Assembly (NCBI GenBank): GCA_964202905.1
Contig: CAXNJO010000002.1
Span: 1-64,000 of the forward strand
Direction of reading: 5' to 3'
DNA length: 64,000 nucleotides
Source: Polyangiales bacterium
GTDB taxonomy: Bacteria; Myxococcota_A; Polyangia; Polyangiales; JADJQN01
Below, one piece after another: positions 61,392-64,000 of this stretch. The translations under genes and the position numbers were made by a program. The notes below the pieces were generated by a model. The model did not search any database. It saw only the letters and a list, made by a program, of their open reading frames with translations, and was not told the origin of the DNA. Each line of letters opens with the position of its first letter. The first letter of the stretch is position 1.

Positions 61392-62688
61392 ATGACGACC
61401 CCGGCCCACCCCGCGAGCGCCCCCTCCCCCCACCTCCGCCGACGACCGCTCGCCGAGCGCCTTCCGCGCCGTGCCGCGCACGGGCGTCATCTACGTGATG
61501 GCCGAGGCCGGCCGCGCGGGCTACCGACCGGACGATCCGAACTGGTCGAACCTCGGGCAGGGCCAGCCGGAGACGGGTCCGCTCCCGGGTGCGCCCCCGC
61601 GCGTGTCGGACGTGCACTTCGAGAACTTCGACCTCGAATACGCGCCCGTCGCGGGGCTCTGGGAGGTCCGCGAGGCGGTCGCGGGCATGTACAACGAGCT
61701 CTTCCGACGCGGGATGCCGTCGCAGTACTCCGCCGAGAACGTCGCGATTTCGGGCGGCGGGCGCGTCTCGATCATGCGCGCGTGCGCGGCCATCGGGCAG
61801 ATCAACCTCGGGCATTTCCTGCCCGACTACACCGCGTACGCCGAGGTGCTCGACATCTTCCGGCGCTTCACGCCGATCCCCATCCTCGTCGACCCGGAGC
61901 ACGGCTACGACTTCTCGCTCGCCGAGCTGCGCCGCGAAATCCTCGGCCGCGGCCTCGGCGCGATGCTCATGTCGAACCCGTGCAACCCCACGGGCAAGGC
62001 CATCGTCGGCGCGGAGCTCGCCTCGTGGGTCGCGACCGCGCGCGAGCTCGACTGCACGATGCTGATGGACGAGTTCTACGCGCACTACCTCTGGCGCGGG
62101 GACTCGCCGCTCTTCAGCGCGGCGCAGTACGTCGAGGACGTCGAGAAGGACCCGATCGTGCTCTTCGACGGGCTCACGAAGAACTGGCGCTACCCGGGCT
62201 GGCGCGTGACGTGGACGGTCGGGCCGAGCCGCGTCATCGAGGCCGTGTCGAGCGCGGGCTCCTTCCTCGATGGCGGCGGTTCGCGACCCATGCAGCTCGC
62301 CGCGCGCGAGGTGCTCACCGCCGACCACGCGCGCGCCGAGGCGGCCGCCATCCGCACGGCCTTCCGCCGCAAGCGGGACAAGATGGTCGACGGCCTCCGC
62401 GCGCTCGGCGTGCGCTTCGAGCGCGAGCCCGACGCGACCTTCTACGCCTGGGGCAACCTCTCGGGCCTGCCCGAGGGCCTGCGCACGGGCGAGCAGTTCT
62501 TCCGCCGCGCCCTCGAGCACCAGGTCATCGTGGTGCCGGGCCAGTTCTTCGACGTCGATCCCGGGTCGCGCCGCCTCGGGCGGGCCTCGCGCTTCGCCAA
62601 CCACGTGCGCTTCTCCTTCGGGCCGAGCGAGGCGTCGATCGACGCGGCGCTCGCGCGCTTCCGCACGATGGTCGACGAGGCGCGCTGA
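61392..62688 (+). CDS. Class I/II PLP-dependent aminotransferase (frameshift in C runs ~61420-61431)
   Basis: NLGQGQPE, SNPCNPTG, DEFY, GLTKNWRYPGWR, FYAWG, VRFSFG. Confidence 0.9.
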
Positions 62689-62776
62689 CCATCCTTATCT
62701 CAACACAAATCGGATACATAGGAGACAAACGCGTCGCTTTCTTGGGCGGGGAGATCGTGTGGCTTAGTGTCGGCTC

Positions 62777-63652
62777 ATGCCTACATCAGCGCACGCCCTC
62801 GCACTCGACACCGCGGCGCAGTTTTCCCTCCCCGCGGCGACGCCGATCCTCAAGTGGGTCGGCGGCAAGGGGCGCCTGCTCGCGCAGCTCGCGCCGCTGC
62901 TCCCGCCCGCGGTCGACGAGCGTCGGCACGTCGAGCCCTTCATGGGCGGCGCGGCGCTCTTCTTCGCGCGGCGGCCTGGGCGCGCGCTGCTCTGCGACGT
63001 GAACCCGGAGCTCGTCGGCGTGTACAAGGCCGTGCGCGACGACGTCGAGGGGCTCATCCGCGCGCTCTCCCGCCTCGCCGCGGACGGGCACGACGGCGCG
63101 GCGTATTACGGCGTGCGCACCCGCTACAACGCCGAGCGCCACGCGCCGCAGACGCAGCGCGCCGCGATGTTCGTCTACCTGAACAAGACCTGCTTCAACG
63201 GGCTGCACCGCGTGAACCGCCGCGGGGAGTTCAACGTGCCGGCGGGCAAGTACAAGAACCCGCGCATCCTCAACGCGGAGAACCTCCGCGCCGCGAGCGC
63301 CGCCCTCGCGGGCGCCGACCTGCGCTGCGCGAGCTTCGAGGAGCTGCTCGGCAGCGCGCGGCCCGGCGACTTCGTCTACCTCGACCCCCCCTACGTGCCG
63401 CTCACCGCGACGGCGAGCTTCACGGCCTATGCGCAGGACGGCTTCGGCATGGCCGAGCAGGAGCGCCTCCGTGACGTGTACCGCGAGCTCGATCGCCGTG
63501 GCTGCAAGCTCATGCTCTCGAACAGCGACACGCCCGCCGTGCGCGCGCTCTACCGCGAGTGGCGCATCGACGGGGTGATGGCGCCGCGTGCCGTCAGCTG
63601 CGACGGCGCGGGCCGACAGGCCGTCGCCGAGGTCGTCGTCCGCAACTACTGA
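62777..63652 (+). CDS. Dam-like (D12 class) DNA adenine methyltransferase, orphan
   Basis: LKWVGGK, EPFMGG, YLNKTCFNGL.RVN..G.FNVP, YLDPPY, LSNS. Confidence 0.92.
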   Translation: MPTSAHALALDTAAQFSLPAATPILKWVGGKGRLLAQLAPLLPPAVDERRHVEPFMGGAALFFARRPGRALLCDVNPELVGVYKAVRDDVEGLIRALSRLAADGHDGAAYYGVRTRYNAERHAPQTQRAAMFVYLNKTCFNGLHRVNRRGEFNVPAGKYKNPRILNAENLRAASAALAGADLRCASFEELLGSARPGDFVYLDPPYVPLTATASFTAYAQDGFGMAEQERLRDVYRELDRRGCKLMLSNSDTPAVRALYREWRIDGVMAPRAVSCDGAGRQAVAEVVVRNY

Positions 63653-63674
63653 CGGCGACGGGCGCGCCGCGGCC

Positions 63675-64000
63675 TCACGCGCGCCCGCCTTCCATCCGCT
63701 CGCGCGACACGCCCGAGGCCTCGAGGAACTCGCGCACGCGTGGGCTCGGGCTCGCGAGGAACTCCTGCGGCGAGCCGCTCGCCTCGATCACGCCCTTGTA
63801 GAGGTACGTGATGTGGTGGCCGATGCGGAAGACGCTCGCCATGTCGTGGCTGATCACGATCGACGTCACGCCGTAGGTCTCGCGCGTCTGCTCGATGAGG
63901 TCGTCGACGGTGCGCGAGGTGATCGGATCGAGGCCCGTCGTCGGCTCGTCGTAGATCAGGATCTCGGGCTCGAGCGCGAGGGCACGCGCGACGGCGACGC
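63675..64000 (-). CDS. ABC transporter ATP-binding protein, MlaF-like, 3' part
   Basis: ARALALEPEILIYDEPTTGLDPITS, ISHDM. Confidence 0.88.
   Translation of the reverse strand, partial: VAVARALALEPEILIYDEPTTGLDPITSRTVDDLIEQTRETYGVTSIVISHDMASVFRIGHHITYLYKGVIEASGSPQEFLASPSPRVREFLEASGVSRERMEGGRA

Overview
Very high-GC bacterial DNA whose gene content (Hanks-type Ser/Thr kinases, MYXO-CTERM-type tails, Cys-rich and FG-GAP lipoproteins, futalosine pathway) points to Myxococcota, probably Polyangia (inference). About 50 genes are mostly core or housekeeping: a futalosine menaquinone cluster (menG-ubiX-[MqnE-like]-mqnE-mqnA/mqnC fusion-deaminase-ubiA-like), a TIGR03960/TIGR03936-type radical SAM fusion, sthA, cysC, ruvX-mltG-DUF72, glk, corA, pyrD, KirBac, an MrfAB-like helicase/exonuclease pair, queD, large two-component sensors, a folB-cupin/SDR/aminotransferase trio and a Dam-like methylase. 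Roughly ten small frameshifts, many in G/C runs, look like long-read errors. Best leads: (1) a 199-aa MqnE paralogue that keeps both ends but lacks the whole radical-SAM core, translationally coupled to mqnE; (2) a decayed defence/accessory patch at 23.0-26.2 kb with a Cas3-HD relic, a collapsed nucleotidyltransferase pair between 44-bp direct repeats and an MBL/sigma54-activator chimera; (3) a nearly passenger-less MYXO-CTERM mini-protein; (4) FolB-cupin and FlhG/MinD-PilZ fusions; (5) TANNNT boxes 6-9 nt before at least 11 start codons, suggesting widespread leaderless transcription. No rRNA, tRNA, intact CRISPR array, integrase or transposase was seen. All family calls come from motif recognition by eye, not from database searches.
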